The notes: generated by a model not told the origin, from the sequence alone. Shown: positions 40,967 to 54,462, counted from the first letter of the stretch. The stretch is DNA of 64,000 nucleotides from Lingula anatina (GCA_051362555.1 CM120649.1:17436567-17500566), one strand, 5' to 3'. Program-made: numbers and translations.

Positions 40967-41190
40967 CCGGCGCACTAATTAACGATCAGTCTAAATTATT
41001 GGGTACATTGTATCAGTTCAATATATTGCAGATTATCCAATACCAAAATCTACTAATGGATCACTGATAACATGAAGGCTAACTTCGCAATATGAAATTG
41101 AGAATTACTGGCAAGACAAAATAGACACTAAAACAACGGACCCAGACAACTGCTGTACATATTAATACGAAAAATTCAGCTGTCCCTTAC

Positions 41191-41500
41191 CTTTCGCTGT
41201 CGAGATACCAAGACCTATATTACTCAGTTTCTGACTCCAGTGACTGGGATTACCTCACCAAAAAGTCATATTCCACCTCCAGAAGTTACGCAGTGTCAGC
41301 ACCGACTGAACTGTGGCATGCGGAAAAGCAGCACTACCCGTCCTTCCCTTACGCCTTAATCTAACCGTCGTGTCAACCGATCTCTTCAGTCATCACCCAT
41401 GGCAAAAACAAGCGAAATGCATGGTATAAAATTCAGCCACTTACCCTCTGTAGACTTCTGGATTATTCACAACTTCATGCCTAGCGCTAAAAGCGACAGT
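41191..41500 (-). other. Candidate non-coding first exon (5' UTR) of the LHFPL gene
   Basis: Minus-strand donor AG|GTAAGG at 41190 in a CpG-richer patch; matching acceptor tttccag at 35275-35274, just upstream of the LHFPL ATG. The 5' end is only approximate. Confidence 0.45.
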
Positions 41501-41867
41501 CTCAGCGTCTTTTTTGATAAATAAATCACTGCATCCGGCAACAACCCGCTGTCAGAAAAACGATGGTCAAAGGGATTAGGCCCTGGAGTCTGGATGACGT
41601 TTCCAATGTCAACAAAGCGGAGTTATTCATCCATGTTCTGGCAGGATTGTCCAATCAGATTGCAGAACAGGAAATCTCGTTTAGCGTCCTATTAAAAACA
41701 GTTGCTATTTCAAGGTATAACGTGAGTCTGACTTTATTAATTGTATCAGCGACTTCCATAACTTAAAATATGTTATTCTGAGACATTTAAATATTTCAAT
41801 CTTGTGTATGTTTGTAAGAATTTCCCTGTGAAATTTCAGCTCTCGTGCACCTTGCGAGATTTGAAAA
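41500..41867. promoter_or_regulatory. Candidate bidirectional promoter LHFPL/COG6
   Basis: TGACGT (CRE-like, 41595), CCAAT (41603, 41651), tctcgtgc..ttgcgaga and AAAATGGCG (YY1-like, overlapping the COG6 ATG); CpG-enriched relative to the flanks. Confidence 0.5.
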
Positions 41868-44084
41868 ATGGCGACCATCCAAGAGCAGACCGCTGACACG
41901 TCTTCGCCGTCGTCTCAGCCGAATAATCCTCTATCTAGAAAACTGAATAAAATTCTAGATACAAGACTTGATAATGATAAGGTAAAGATTATTTGTGTAT
42001 CAAAGCTCGTCGTGGTCGTCTTTGTATACAACTTGCAGCTAACCAAACAGGCGCACGGCAGGCCGTGAACAATTAATGTTGAATTTCCAACTTAACTACA
42101 GGAATTTGTACCTGCAGCCAGATTGTCAAACCTTCAGATAAATCGTTAAAATGAAAAACACCTACTCATAAAAGCCTTTTGATGACAAGTGCTAGGATCA
42201 CTTACATGGGAACAAAGAAAAATACAGCAAAATTACTTTCTATTTGTATTACCACTACCGTCCCAAACCCAGGACCATTTGACTTTTGTCCACACTGTAC
42301 TGTCAGAAACCCCTGTACCCTGCCGACAACATCAGGCATAGCATGGGCTCAAATCTTTCAAATGCCATGCTATTGCATCTGGCTTCTAACCATGGAATCG
42401 TTATCGAGGGACGCACATTCATTTTAAATCCAGTCCTCATTCTTCGGTGTGACTGAAATGTGCAATACACCGCAATATAGGGCAACACAGCGCAACACAG
42501 CGCAATACACTTCAAAATTCAAATCCAGTTGCAATTACACTAAAGAAATTACTATTCCCAGCAAAGTAGGGTGATATAAAAACCTATATTACTAGGTAAG
42601 TAATATCGTTGATATAACTTAACAAATCAGCAAGACTTTTATATTGTCCGGTTGGCAGCCATGTTGGCTAGTGGCTCTTCTTGGATATATTACTGGCCAA
42701 GAAGAGCTACTCCCCAACATGGCGGCTGACCAAACAATGAAAAAATTGTCAAGTTGTATCAGCAATATTAATTACTATGTATTATATTTTGCTTTTATAT
42801 CACCCTATTTTATTTGAGATTACCCTTTCCTGTGTTTACTTGCAACTGAACTTGTCTTATCAAGTGTATATTGCACTGTGTTACGCTGTATTGCAGTGTA
42901 TTGCGCATTTCAGTCACACCCCTCATTCTGTGCTGGAGCTGTTCTGTTACTTTGAAAGAAATGGTTCGTAGCAATGTGAAGGGAAAAATGAATACATGTG
43001 GTAATAATAATAGTCAAAATAATAATAATTAAAGCCTTGGCTTATTTCAAAGAAATCAGAAGTAAATATTTTCAATTGCCAGTACAAACTTTCCTTTTAC
43101 TTTCAGGAAATGCTGGAAGCTCTTAAAGCTCTGTCCAGTTTCTTCAGTGAAAACACTTTGAGGAACAGAAGAAACCTGAGAGGAGATGTCGAGAGGAGGA
43201 GTTTGGCCATCAATGAGGATTTCATTCAGGCTTTCCAGCAAGTTAAAGAGGTCTCTGTCTCACTGTCTCTCTCTCTCTCTCTCTGATTTGTATTATATAT
43301 CTATATATATAGATAAATAATTTTACATCTTAAAATGTTATTTATTTGTTGCTTAAATTTTAATGAGATATCTTAATTCATGTTAATTTTGTTTTAAATT
43401 AATATTATTCATATTTCAGCAACTCGACTCTGTCTATGAAGATGTGAAAGGAATGAGTGAGTGTTGTCAGGACATGACCACTAGATTAAAGGTAAACTTC
43501 CTATTCTTTTTTGCTCCTATAAACCAATTCAAATTTAATATGATAAGTACTTTAGTAGTCTTTGTGAAAATGGGATGCTTTGTACTGCTTTGGTTCACTA
43601 TTTTGTGTGTTTAGTCCTTTATCTGTATGTATGTTTGTTTATTAGGATATTAATTGAAAATTACAATTTTGAGTTTTTTTAATGTTCAATGTTTGTTTAT
43701 AATTGTCTATCCTGCAGTTATTATTTTTATTATTAATGTTGTTGTTTTTATATGCTGAGTCTGTGACAGTCATTATTTTGCAATATCTGCAGCATGTAAA
43801 ATGCAGATTCACATCAAGAATGTCTCTTTTCCCAGGCAGCAAAGGAGCAGACCCATGATTTGATCAACCAGACAACTCAGTTGCAAACAGAAAGGTAAAT
43901 GTGTTGACCAATACACACTTCTTGGTGTTATATCTGCTTGTCATATTCTCAGAATGCTATTACTCTTGCATGACCGGTAATAAATCTTAGACGCTAATAC
44001 ATAATGTAAGCACAGCTTCTGCAGGGGCGTAACCAGACCTTTAAAAATTGTACGCACTTGTATTTCTTTACTGTGTGTGTGTGT

Positions 44085-44122
<38 letters not shown>

Positions 44123-47100
44123 AACAATTGTGCCTTTACAGTTGATACAGAGGATTTGTACATACAGGTGACTTTAATAAGCAGAGGATTTTCTTTTATA
44201 TTCCGTGAAAAATACATTAAATTTATGTAAAATAATATCATGGTTGGCCAAAAAATTGTACGCACAGTGCATCTGTGCATATGCCTAGTTACGCCCATGT
44301 TCTGCTTTTCAAAACAAAATTCTCCAGAATAAATTTAACTCTTCTCTTTTTTGTGTGTGTAATTAGCCAGAGGCTACAGATGAGAGCACAAGTGGCAGAT
44401 GCTTTTCTGGCCAAATTCCAGCTAAAACCAGAAGAGGTGAAAATTCTTAGAGGAACTCGGGATGGTGCCCTGCATCCAGTAAGTGTGTCTGCAAATTAAG
44501 GTATACTGTATGTGATGTAGAGAGTTGCAAATGCCTGTGAATTATTTATTTATTCAGCCTCGAATTAATGTCATATCCATGGAAATGTATGCAGTGCTTG
44601 GAATTATCGTTTTCAGTTATAAGCACTACCAGGGGTTGATTTTACTTTTGTATTTATTTATTTATTTAATTAATTATATATTTATTTCAAAATCTGTCAT
44701 ATTCCAGGACTTCTTCAAAGCTTTGGCCCGCGTAAAACAGATCCACACTGACTGCAAGGTGTTACTCAGAACAAATCAACAGACAGCAGGGTGAGTGGTG
44801 GAACATTGCCTAGTATAAAGAGGAAGCGCACGAAGTGTTACTATTTTAAATCAAAATCAAATGAAGGGGGATATTAAATGAGAGGGAGGCTTGGGAATAT
44901 ATGTCTAATCAATTATTGTATGAGTTAATTAATTGAAGATGTATAGTGTTGTAGGTTGGAGATAATGGAATCAATGGCACTACATCAGGAGTCAGCATAC
45001 GAGAGACTGTACAGGTGGACACAGAGTAAGTCAGGCCTGGAGGCAGACATTATCGGGGGGGGGGGGAATGTTTTTCTGAAAAATGGGACCTTCTGACCCT
45101 TTTAGTTGATCCAAATTTAGAAATGGCCACAAATTTGATTTAAATTACTGTCTACAGGCCTGTGTAATAATGTAGAATCTGCAATTTTCTTACAATCTCA
45201 AACTTTGAGTAAGGCAGTTATTAGAGGGTCTTTGTAATTAGATTTGAAATCTGTTTAAAGAGGATTTTTAGTTGGTGTCTCACCAATCTGTCTTTCAGGC
45301 CTATTAATCCTGCCCAGATTTGAATCTCCACCATGAAACTAGTAGAAAATATTGCCATTTCTTCTCTCCAGATGAATGCAGGGCTCTGAGCAATGAGTCT
45401 CCAGATATCAGTTCTCAGCTCTGTTTGGGTTTAGAGGCACTACAGGACAGACCAGTGCTCTTCAGGTAGTTATGTAGTGTATTTTGATTATTATAATTAT
45501 TATTATTGTTATTATTGAAATATATTGAAATCAGCTTGTGATATAAGCCTCCTACAGTACTTGTACTGAGATCAGTTTACTACTGGACTATTTAGTCTTA
45601 TAAAATTATACATTTCAAACTCAGTAATCTGATAAAATGTCAGAGGTTGTTTTTGATTATTTTGTTCACTGAAGTATAGATTATCAGTATTGCATATTCG
45701 TGTGTGTTGTAGGTATTCTCTGGATGAGTTTGGTACAGCCAGAAGGACAGCCATTGTGAGAGGGTTCATTGATGCTTTAACAAGAGGAGGTAAGTACTGG
45801 CTCAACTGAATGTTTCACTTGTTCAAATAGTCCAACTAGTTTAGTAATGAATTGCCCAAACCCTGTTAAGGGCATTTCAAATGAAACACTGTAACAGTTT
45901 CATTTTTAGATAATGTGAAATGAATATCTCACTCATTTGACCTACATGATTATTCATTTATAGAATGATTCAATGAATAACCATTCTTGAATTTACAGAA
46001 TGTTTTAAATAATATTTATTTATTCAGGAAAATAAAGGTATCTTCAGATATTTTTCCTGAGATACTCTGCTCGTGCAAATGGCATCATTTCTTTTCTTTA
46101 AGGTCCAGGAGGAACACCAAGACCTATTGAATTACATTCCCATGATCCTTTGCGGTACGTGGGTGACATGTTGGCATGGTTACACCAGGCAACAGCATCA
46201 GAAAAAGAACATCTACAGACTCTACTGAAGAAGTGCAATAATTGTTGTAAGTATTAACTGTAGGGGGCACTACATTAAAAGATGGGCCTTAGGTACATCA
46301 CATTGTTTTGATTATAAATAGCTTGTTCTGTATTTACCCACTGCATTATTTTGTACTAACATTTTTACATTGGATTCATGGATATTTTTATAATATTGTT
46401 GTGACTCAGGGAAGATCCTTTACGGCCCCATGTACAGGAAAAAGACTGGTATATATAGTGGTCTGTATGGATATGAACTGATAGAAGAGGCTGTCATGAA
46501 AGCTGATGAAGGTCAGAAGATGGGAACATTTGGTGTACTTGTTGTCAGGGAAACAATATAGTTGTGTATTAAAAGAGGGCAGGGCCTATCAGATTTGGTG
46601 CATTTGTTGCTGTTGTTAGGGAAACAAAATGGTTGTACAATATCAGAGGGCAGGACCAATCAATGTATTTGTTTTTGTGAACTTCAAGTAAATGAATTGG
46701 TTGGGTGATGTTTTTTTTTACAGGTGTAGTCTGAGGGTCAAACTTTTTGATTATTTTTTTACCTCTGTGTAAGAAGAGTGTCATGGCATTGTAATGAATA
46801 GATATTATGAAGATAAAAGGCAAACAGAGTTCGCGTATTAACTGTACTTTCCCTTTTACGTGGTATCATTGTCATTGACTTTTATTGGTTTTCAGAACCG
46901 GTGGCTCCCAAGTGGTTAGAATTCTTGTTAATTTTGATTTCACTTGGGTTTTTGGGTTTGAAAATACTATCTCTCTCCTCTTTCTAGCTTTGGAAAATCT
47001 ATATGTTTTAAATAATTTTTAGTTATCTTTATTTATATTTACAGTTTAATTGCAGCTTAGGAGTGGGAAGGTGGCACAAATTAGAAATGTACAATAAATG

Positions 47101-50100
47101 TTTTCTTTTGTTTATACATCTGTAAGTATACAGGTTAATCTTTGTGTCACATTAAATATTTCTTAATGAAAAGACAAAATTTTATTTATTGTGTTACTAT
47201 TGCGTATTACATTGACTATGGCCAAACATTTAAACATAAGTATATAAATTGATCAACCGAAAGAAATGGACTTGTTAAAAATTTTCATTAGTTATTTAAA
47301 TATAGAATGCAGATGGGTAATAGTGTTCCTTTGTCTCTTTAAATGTGAAGAACTAAATTTGAAGGTTTACTAGGAAGCATAGGACTGAAACTATGAAGGA
47401 ATATAACATTAAAATAAAGTCACCATGTGGTAAAAAAAAACTGTAAAAACTAGTGAATAACTTTTTATTGCTTTACCAGGGCACTGTCCAGAGCAGAGAC
47501 ACACTACAACATTGGCTAGTAAGTAAATACCTCATCTGCGCCTTGATTTTCTAGATAATATTTGATTTGCATTTCAGCCAATGAGGGGACAATTCAAGAC
47601 ATTTTAGGCCATATCACAGAGGGTGTTTGCAGACCTTTTAAGGTTAGTTTTTTAGAGTGGTTTGACCTAGATTATTTGTACTTAAATGTTAAATCAGGTG
47701 CCAATCACATCTGTAACAGAGACGAAATGCGTTTTTTGATGTCTTCACTCTTGATAAAAGAGTAAGTCATTTAGAGCTTGAGACTTAACCTGTTAAAAAA
47801 GTAATGAAATGAGGTTTTTAACCATCATCAAAGGGCCTTGGTCACATGACACTCGAGTGATTATGTCATTGTAGATAAAAGTTTCTTTAGAATGCTTTAC
47901 TTTTTTATCATGACTTGTAGGAGAGAATTATAAAGGTATTTGCCCATATTCTTGTCTGTTCTTCCAGGTGAGAGTGGAGCAGGTAGTGGTGGCAGAGCCA
48001 GGACCTGTCCTGTTGTATAAACTCACCAATCTACTCAAGTTCTATGAACACACGATAGGGTGAGCTATATGGTATCATTTTTTCGGAATTTTGAATTTCA
48101 GTTTTTCTCTGATGATCAAATCGTTGATAAATGTGAAAAAAAACCTGTCAACAGTAGCTAGCAACAAAATAAAAAAAGATTAGAGAAGGAAAACTTGAAA
48201 TAAATAATAACAGTTTATAGCATACTAAGTAATACAGAGAAATGTAAAAAGGAAAAAAAGGCTCATATTGACAAGGGATCCATTGATTGATATTCATGTA
48301 CGTAAAATGTTTTTCCATCCAGTCAGCTGCTGTCTAAAGACGCCTCTCTTCTGGGCACCCTGGACGAAGCTCACGTCTTGAGCTCTAAGATGTTCTTTAA
48401 CAGTCTGAACATACATGCAGCAAGGCTTCTGGATAAGGTATTGTAGTTTATCAGATAAAAATCATTCTTATAAATATTGATGTATAATTAAGCACTTTGG
48501 TGACAATTTTCTGTATCAAGGCATAAAAATGAAATTGTGATACATAAGCTTGAGCCAGGCTTCAGTTTAGGAATCCTGTACTTGGGTCAAGGTTAATTTT
48601 TATGTTACTAGGCCAGAAACCATGTCTTACAGATTAAAAAGATGAATTTGGCAACAACCACAAAGTTTGCACACCTCGGATATTTTATTGCTCCAACAGG
48701 TTGAGCTTCCTCCTGCTGAGCTGGGACCCACTGGACCCCTGAACCAAACGCTACAGCTGCTGAAAGATGTGTTGTCTTCCCATGATTCCTCAGTGGTGTC
48801 AATAGATGACAGGCAGAAGGATTTCTCTAAGGTATAATTTTTTAATTCCAGTGGCCATGTTTTTAAAGTTTAATGACCTTCTTTTTCTGGTAACTTTTCA
48901 CAAAGGTCCAATTATTCACGTACTTAATTGATGTTCGACGGTAGATGGTTTGTAAGGTATGAGCTCTTGTACCTTTTTACTCAATTTTACAACTGCTTCC
49001 TACTGTGACTTTGGATGGAAGTTGCCATGAGGGCAAATTAAAAGTGACAAAAAATCTGTTACACAGCAATTTAGTTTCATGTGCATCAACAACAAAAAAG
49101 AAGACTACTCAGTCATCCACATGGTGAGCTACTTGTTTTCAAGAACACTTGCCCAGATATATAGATATTGGGATTAGACAGGGCTGGGTATTATGGAAAG
49201 GTACCCTGATCCCCTTGAAGGAGCTGACCACAGTGATTTGTATTCCAGATCATGTCCAGTGTGATTGACCCCCTGATCCAGATGTGCTCTCTCTCGGCCA
49301 GTAAACTGACCACGGTGGACATGGCCACCTATATGATCAACTGTCTGTACACCATGCAGAGTGCCCTGGCCCTGTTTGAATACACTGACCAGAGACTGGA
49401 GATGTTACAGGCACAGGTAAGTATACAGGATTAATAGAATTGTTTGTCCTAGCTTTGAATCACATAGATTATATCAAAAAAGTAATGCCATAATGTGGTC
49501 ACCAGCAAAGATAAATTTGATTTGTATTTTTATTTTGGCAAAGTTGCATGGTGGGATACAAAAAGGAACATTTTGAATGCCTTTTACATGTGTATTAAAA
49601 ATGGAGATTTAAATGATCTAATAACCTAGTCTGTGATTACATGAAATTTTACTTGTTCAATTTCAGATTGATGCCCATATAGACACACTGATCAGTGAAC
49701 AGGCATCTCATATCCTGCACAGAGTTGGGCTTGCCAGTACGTATGGTATAGTGCAGCAACATCAGCCAAAACAGGTGGGTTTTGATTCTCTCACTCTGTG
49801 TGTGTGTGTGTGTGTGCATGTGTGCGTGTGCATGTAAAGTATAAAGTATAAAGTTTTAGATTTCCTCTTGATGCTCTGTGGAATTGTTTCTATCTATCTA
49901 TGTATTTTTCCCCTAATGATATTTTAGGGTCCATTGTCATCTATCCCTGGAATGGAGCCAGGGACACTCAAGGGTGCTATAGTAAGTACTGATATTATAT
50001 ATTTGATGATGATGTATAATGATGCAGAAGAATAGATTAATTAATGGGGTTTGAGTAAGTTCTTGTTTAGTGATGTTATATATATTTGATGAAGATGATG

Positions 50101-50779
50101 CATATGATGATGATGTAGATTATTTCCTTAAAAAGTTGTTGGAAAAACCATTTGTTATTGAGTATGTATATGTAAATATAGTTGCTAATTCATTAAACAT
50201 TGAATTATTTAGTTGATTAAGTAGTTAAACAATTGCACTTCTTACGATTTTCTTTCCAGGCCAAGTTTGACAGTTTCTTGTCCACTCCTGATGGTTACAT
50301 ATTACAGCAGTGTAGCCTACTTCAGAGTACCACTGTAAGGTAAGGTCCACTTGGTAAAAGAGATGGGGTGTACTTCTTGTCCATAAATTCCTCCTTTTTT
50401 GGTCGAAAAAGAGATTTAAGAAAGTTCCTGGATTTTGTATGAAATTATAGGGAGAGTTTCTGGTAAAGAAATGAGGGTTTTCTTTCTTTCCTCAATATTA
50501 TAGTCTACTAATAACAAAAAAAAAAAAAAAAAAATTGATTTAAAAAATCAGAGAAATGTTCCAGAGATGCTCTATGGTAAACCAATCACATTCCATCTGA
50601 AGTTTTTAATAAAATATATCTAAATTTTCAGAGAAACAACAAGGAAACGTTCTATGGAGCTGATTGTGTCAGCGTATGAGGAGCTGTACACTGCTATCAC
50701 CAACCCTCAGAATGGGTACAAAGACCCCCAAAATCTCATGCCTCGAACCCCTGAACAAGTAAAACATCTGTTGATATAG
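41868..50779 (+). CDS. COG6: Conserved oligomeric Golgi complex subunit 6, 19 exons, 643 aa
   Basis: Exons 41868-41981, 43107-43250, 43420-43491, 43836-43894, 44367-44478, 44708-44790, 44955-45025, 45372-45465, 45713-45789, 46103-46246, 47578-47642, 47968-48059, 48323-48437, 48700-48831, 49249-49416, 49667-49774, 49928-49981, 50260-50339, 50632-50779. All GT-AG, 1932 nt, frame consistent. Diagnostic peptides [24 protein letters not shown] and [38 protein letters not shown]. Confidence 0.95.
42444..42920. mobile_element. Foldback element, Mutator/MULE-like, in COG6 intron 1
   Basis: Nearly whole-length imperfect palindrome (ggtgtgactgaaatg...catttcagtcacacc, centre ~42690). 9-bp direct repeat CCTCATTCT at 42435-43 and 42921-29. 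Confidence 0.75.
44022..44299. mobile_element. Non-autonomous DNA element with 5-bp TSD in COG6 intron 4
   Basis: TIR CAGGGGCGTAAC / GTTACGCCCATG, flanked by TTCTG on both sides; internal poly-G and duplicated aaaaattgtacgcac. Confidence 0.7.
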
Positions 50780-51235
50780 AAAACTCTGTTACATGTTTGG
50801 TGCACACATATTGATGATTTATTTTTTCATATTTATTGAATGTTTTTTCCTTTGGTTGGGGGGGGGGGGGGGGTGGAAGAGGTACAATTGATGATGATCC
50901 AATTTCTGGTTGAAAATCCACAGTTTCGGACAAGGACTACCAGGTTACATTGTTTTTTGTCCCAAGTGGTGCATTTTATATCAAAATGTATACAAAGAAG
51001 AGGAGCCAAGGAGTGCATGTATAATTTCTTAATAGGTCTAATGAGGAACAGTGCCTAAAAAACCAGAGGAACTAAAGGACCTCAGAAACTGGGACTTGGG
51101 TTGCAATACCTTTAACTTGTATTTATAATGGGATTCTTTAATGGAATTTTCATTTCAGTATGCAGTTAAAAAATTTAATGAAAATTGTTTATATATGGGG
51201 AGGTTTATGGTAGGGATTTTTAAAAATAATAAAAA

Positions 51236-52109
51236 CAGGGATGCTAGTCTTCCGGTTTTTACCGGAATTCCGGTTTTTTGCGTCCAGTTATAAAATTTTC
51301 TGGTACTATATTTTGTTCCGGAATTCTCATTTTTAACGTGGTCGCGGACTGGACGAACGATGCGTCAGACGAACGTCGCATTTCAACCATTGCGACAGAG
51401 CTGCGTTTCAACACAATATCTAGTCACAACCGTAGCACGTGATTTATTTATGGCGCTTGATTGGTTGGAAATGTAGGCTTTAATGTCGGCACCCATGTGG
51501 AAAGTTTTGACACCGCGTGCGCGGAATTTTGAACTAAACCAAACTAAATGGATTTCGCGGAGAGGGGAACAGACGATATTAGAAACATCGACATTACTGT
51601 CAAAAATAGATTTAGTTGGAGTTGGCTGGAGGAAAAGGAAAATAATGACGATTTTTTTTCTACCTATGTTCGGAAGCGAAAGTCCCCCGGAGAAGCTTGG
51701 TGTGTATGGTGCAACGACGTGATCCGGTACGGAAGCAGTGGTAAAAAAGCTCTGAAAAACCATGCTAAAACAACTAAGCATGCCAAAGCACGTAGTTGTC
51801 TTTACACATTTTTGTTGCTTGGGCATTACCACGAAAGTCATTATCAATCTTTGAAAATGATAAATGAAAGGGATTAATATTTAGTGACTATCATTATCAT
51901 GCTGGTGATTATCAAGCTTACGTGAGGGATCATTACTGTCTACTATGGGTGGTAGGTGTTTATGTACTGATGGCACTTCCATCTTGTCAATGTCAAGATT
52001 ATCCTTGGAAACAACTGTTGAAAATTACCATGAAGTTGTGATGACATATATTGCAATATATTTATTAAATAAAATTTGAAATATAGTAATTGTTTCATAA
52101 TCAATTTGT

Positions 52110-52141
<32 letters not shown>

Positions 52142-52198
52142 CCCGTCTTTGCCAAAAAAAAGTTCAGGTTTTCTCTCCGGACCCCACTAGCATCTCTG
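51236..52198 (+). mobile_element. Internally deleted hAT-like DNA transposon retaining an N-terminal Zn-finger ORF (51548..51877)
   Basis: TIR CAGGGATGCTAG / CTAGCATCTCTG with 6-bp flanking repeat TAAAAA. The ORF has W..L...AWCVWC...GKKALKNHAKTTKH (BED/TTF-like C2H2 finger). Confidence 0.75.
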
Positions 52199-53074
52199 TA
52201 AAAAGTGCTATATTTTTCTTAGATATTTTCTAGTTTTTATCTGTAAAAGTGGCTGTTTAAAACCTTAACAGGCCAGATAACACGTGCTAAGATGCATGAA
52301 CTTTGATTTGAAATTTTTAACAGCATTTCTCAGTGAAATTGATTTGATGAAATTTTATTTATTTGGCAAAAGCCAAAAATTTGATATTAAGTAATTCTGA
52401 TAGAGAAACTTTGGGGGCTCTTGCCATATTTTTGTGCAAAAAAAATAACCCTATTTTCTTTCACAGTGGCTCTCGTCGTTTGAACTACCATTAAATAATT
52501 CATCAGTTGGGAGTCCAAAAAATTTCTTTAACACTGCTGGTATAGCAACAATGTATGGTTGTACATTTGACTGGATTGTATGTGTTCTCTGCATTTGGCC
52601 TTTTTAACTCTATACCAAAGACATGCAGTAAATTTGAACAACAGACATGATTTTGAAATTATTTATTAAGAATTTTCATATGCCTTGCTTCTGATTATGA
52701 TTTTATCATTAACATAACCTAAATATCAGTGTCACTGATATTACTTCAAATTAAATAAAAGGTATTTTCCAGTGATTCTTCAAACAAAACTGCACAAGCC
52801 AGTTAAACATATGATAACTTGTACTTAAAAAGTTTTCAAGTTTAATGAAATATACATGATGATTGAAGCATGGACTTGATGATCGGCATTTTATATACAA
52901 TCATTATGACAACATGAATAACAGGTTGGAGTCGAATTAAATATTTGCACCAATTTACAAAATTAATTAAATAGTAGAATTCTTATAATTTATTTTTGTT
53001 ATTTATGTAAAAATTCAGCAGTTTCCCCAGAAAGCTGCCCATACTAGCGTACATTAACAGCAGTAGAGCATCTA

Positions 53075-54462
53075 CACACACTGGACAAAAGAAGTGTCAC
53101 CCCCTAACTCAGAGTAATAAAAGTAGGCAGATCTTGGGTACTTATAATGCCTGGTCTACTTATAATGTCACTAATGAGTATAAAACTGCTATACCAAGGA
53201 ATTGTATTGTTGGTCTTGTACATGTACAGCAAATGTTATTCCTGTCTTCCTCCAATATGGCAGGATACAGGTAATTATCTAACGGCTATAGGTGCAAGTT
53301 ATAAACCTGAAGAGGCGGAATATAAGCAATGTCAGTATATCGATACAATTGAATTGTTTAGTCAGAACCGTGCAGAGGGTCTGGTCTCAGTATAGAAACA
53401 CTGGATCAAGAGACAAATTGTCTCTGATGGGTCGTCCAAGAAAAACTACTGGCCGTAAAGACCGACGACTGATTTTGATGTCCAGGTTGTCAAAGTTCGA
53501 CACTGCTTGTCAGTTGACAACACAGTGGAACAATTTCACACATAAGAATGTGTCTGTGATAATTGCTAGGCGTCGATTACATGCTCATAGAGTGTACAGC
53601 AGGGTAGCAAGACTGAAACCTCTTTTATCGTTACAAAACAGGCAACGTAGAGTGAACTAGGGTCAACAGGATCTGGAACTGGACAGTCCATGACAATTGG
53701 TCCTACATATTTTTTTCTGATGAGTGTCGCTTTGGTCTTACCTCTGATGGCAGACGGGTACGATGCTAGCGAACTGCTGGTAAAGCATTTAAACCACATG
53801 TACTTAATTTTCGAACCCAGAGCAGCATATTCATCATGGAGTGGGGCTGCATCAGCATCCATGGCGTGGGCGAATTGATAGTGGTTGATGAAAACATGAA
53901 TCACTAGAAATATATCGATGTTTTGGAGTCAAGCTTGCTACCATCTATTACTAACATGTTTGGTGACAGGAATTATCCATTTGTTCACCAGGATGACAAT
54001 GTTCCTTGTCACAGGACCAGAGCAGTTGATGATTGGTTTGACCAACAGGACATTCGCAGGGTGATGTGGCTTGCCCTGAGTCCGGTTGAAAACATAATAG
54101 AAAATGTGTGGAATGATATGTCAAAACTTTGGATAAATGCCCGTCTAACAAGCAGAGAAACTCTGTTATATTCAGTGTTTCATGCTTGGGCCAGCATAAG
54201 CCCTGAACGCATCAGACAATTATATGAATCCTTGCTTCGTATACTGGTACCTATTATTAGGTCACGTGGCTATGCCACTAAGTACTAATTTTGGACTTGA
54301 AATTGCATATTTTGGTAGAATGTATATTTTGTTCTCATTTTGTGATTTTTTTGTGAAATTTGATGTTAATAAAATGATACCAGGAGCATATCATTCCACA
54401 GTCATTTATCTCCCCCATAGTATTGGCTCAGTAGGGGTGACACTTCTTTTGTCCAGTGTGTG
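53075..54462 (+). mobile_element. Tc1/mariner (DD34E-type) transposon, full length, transposase disrupted
   Basis: 30-bp perfect TIR CACACACTGGACAAAAGAAGTGTCACCCCT and TA TSD. Transposase fragments GRPRKTT, FSDECRF, QDDNVPCH and SPVENIIENVW carry stops and frameshifts. Confidence 0.93.
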
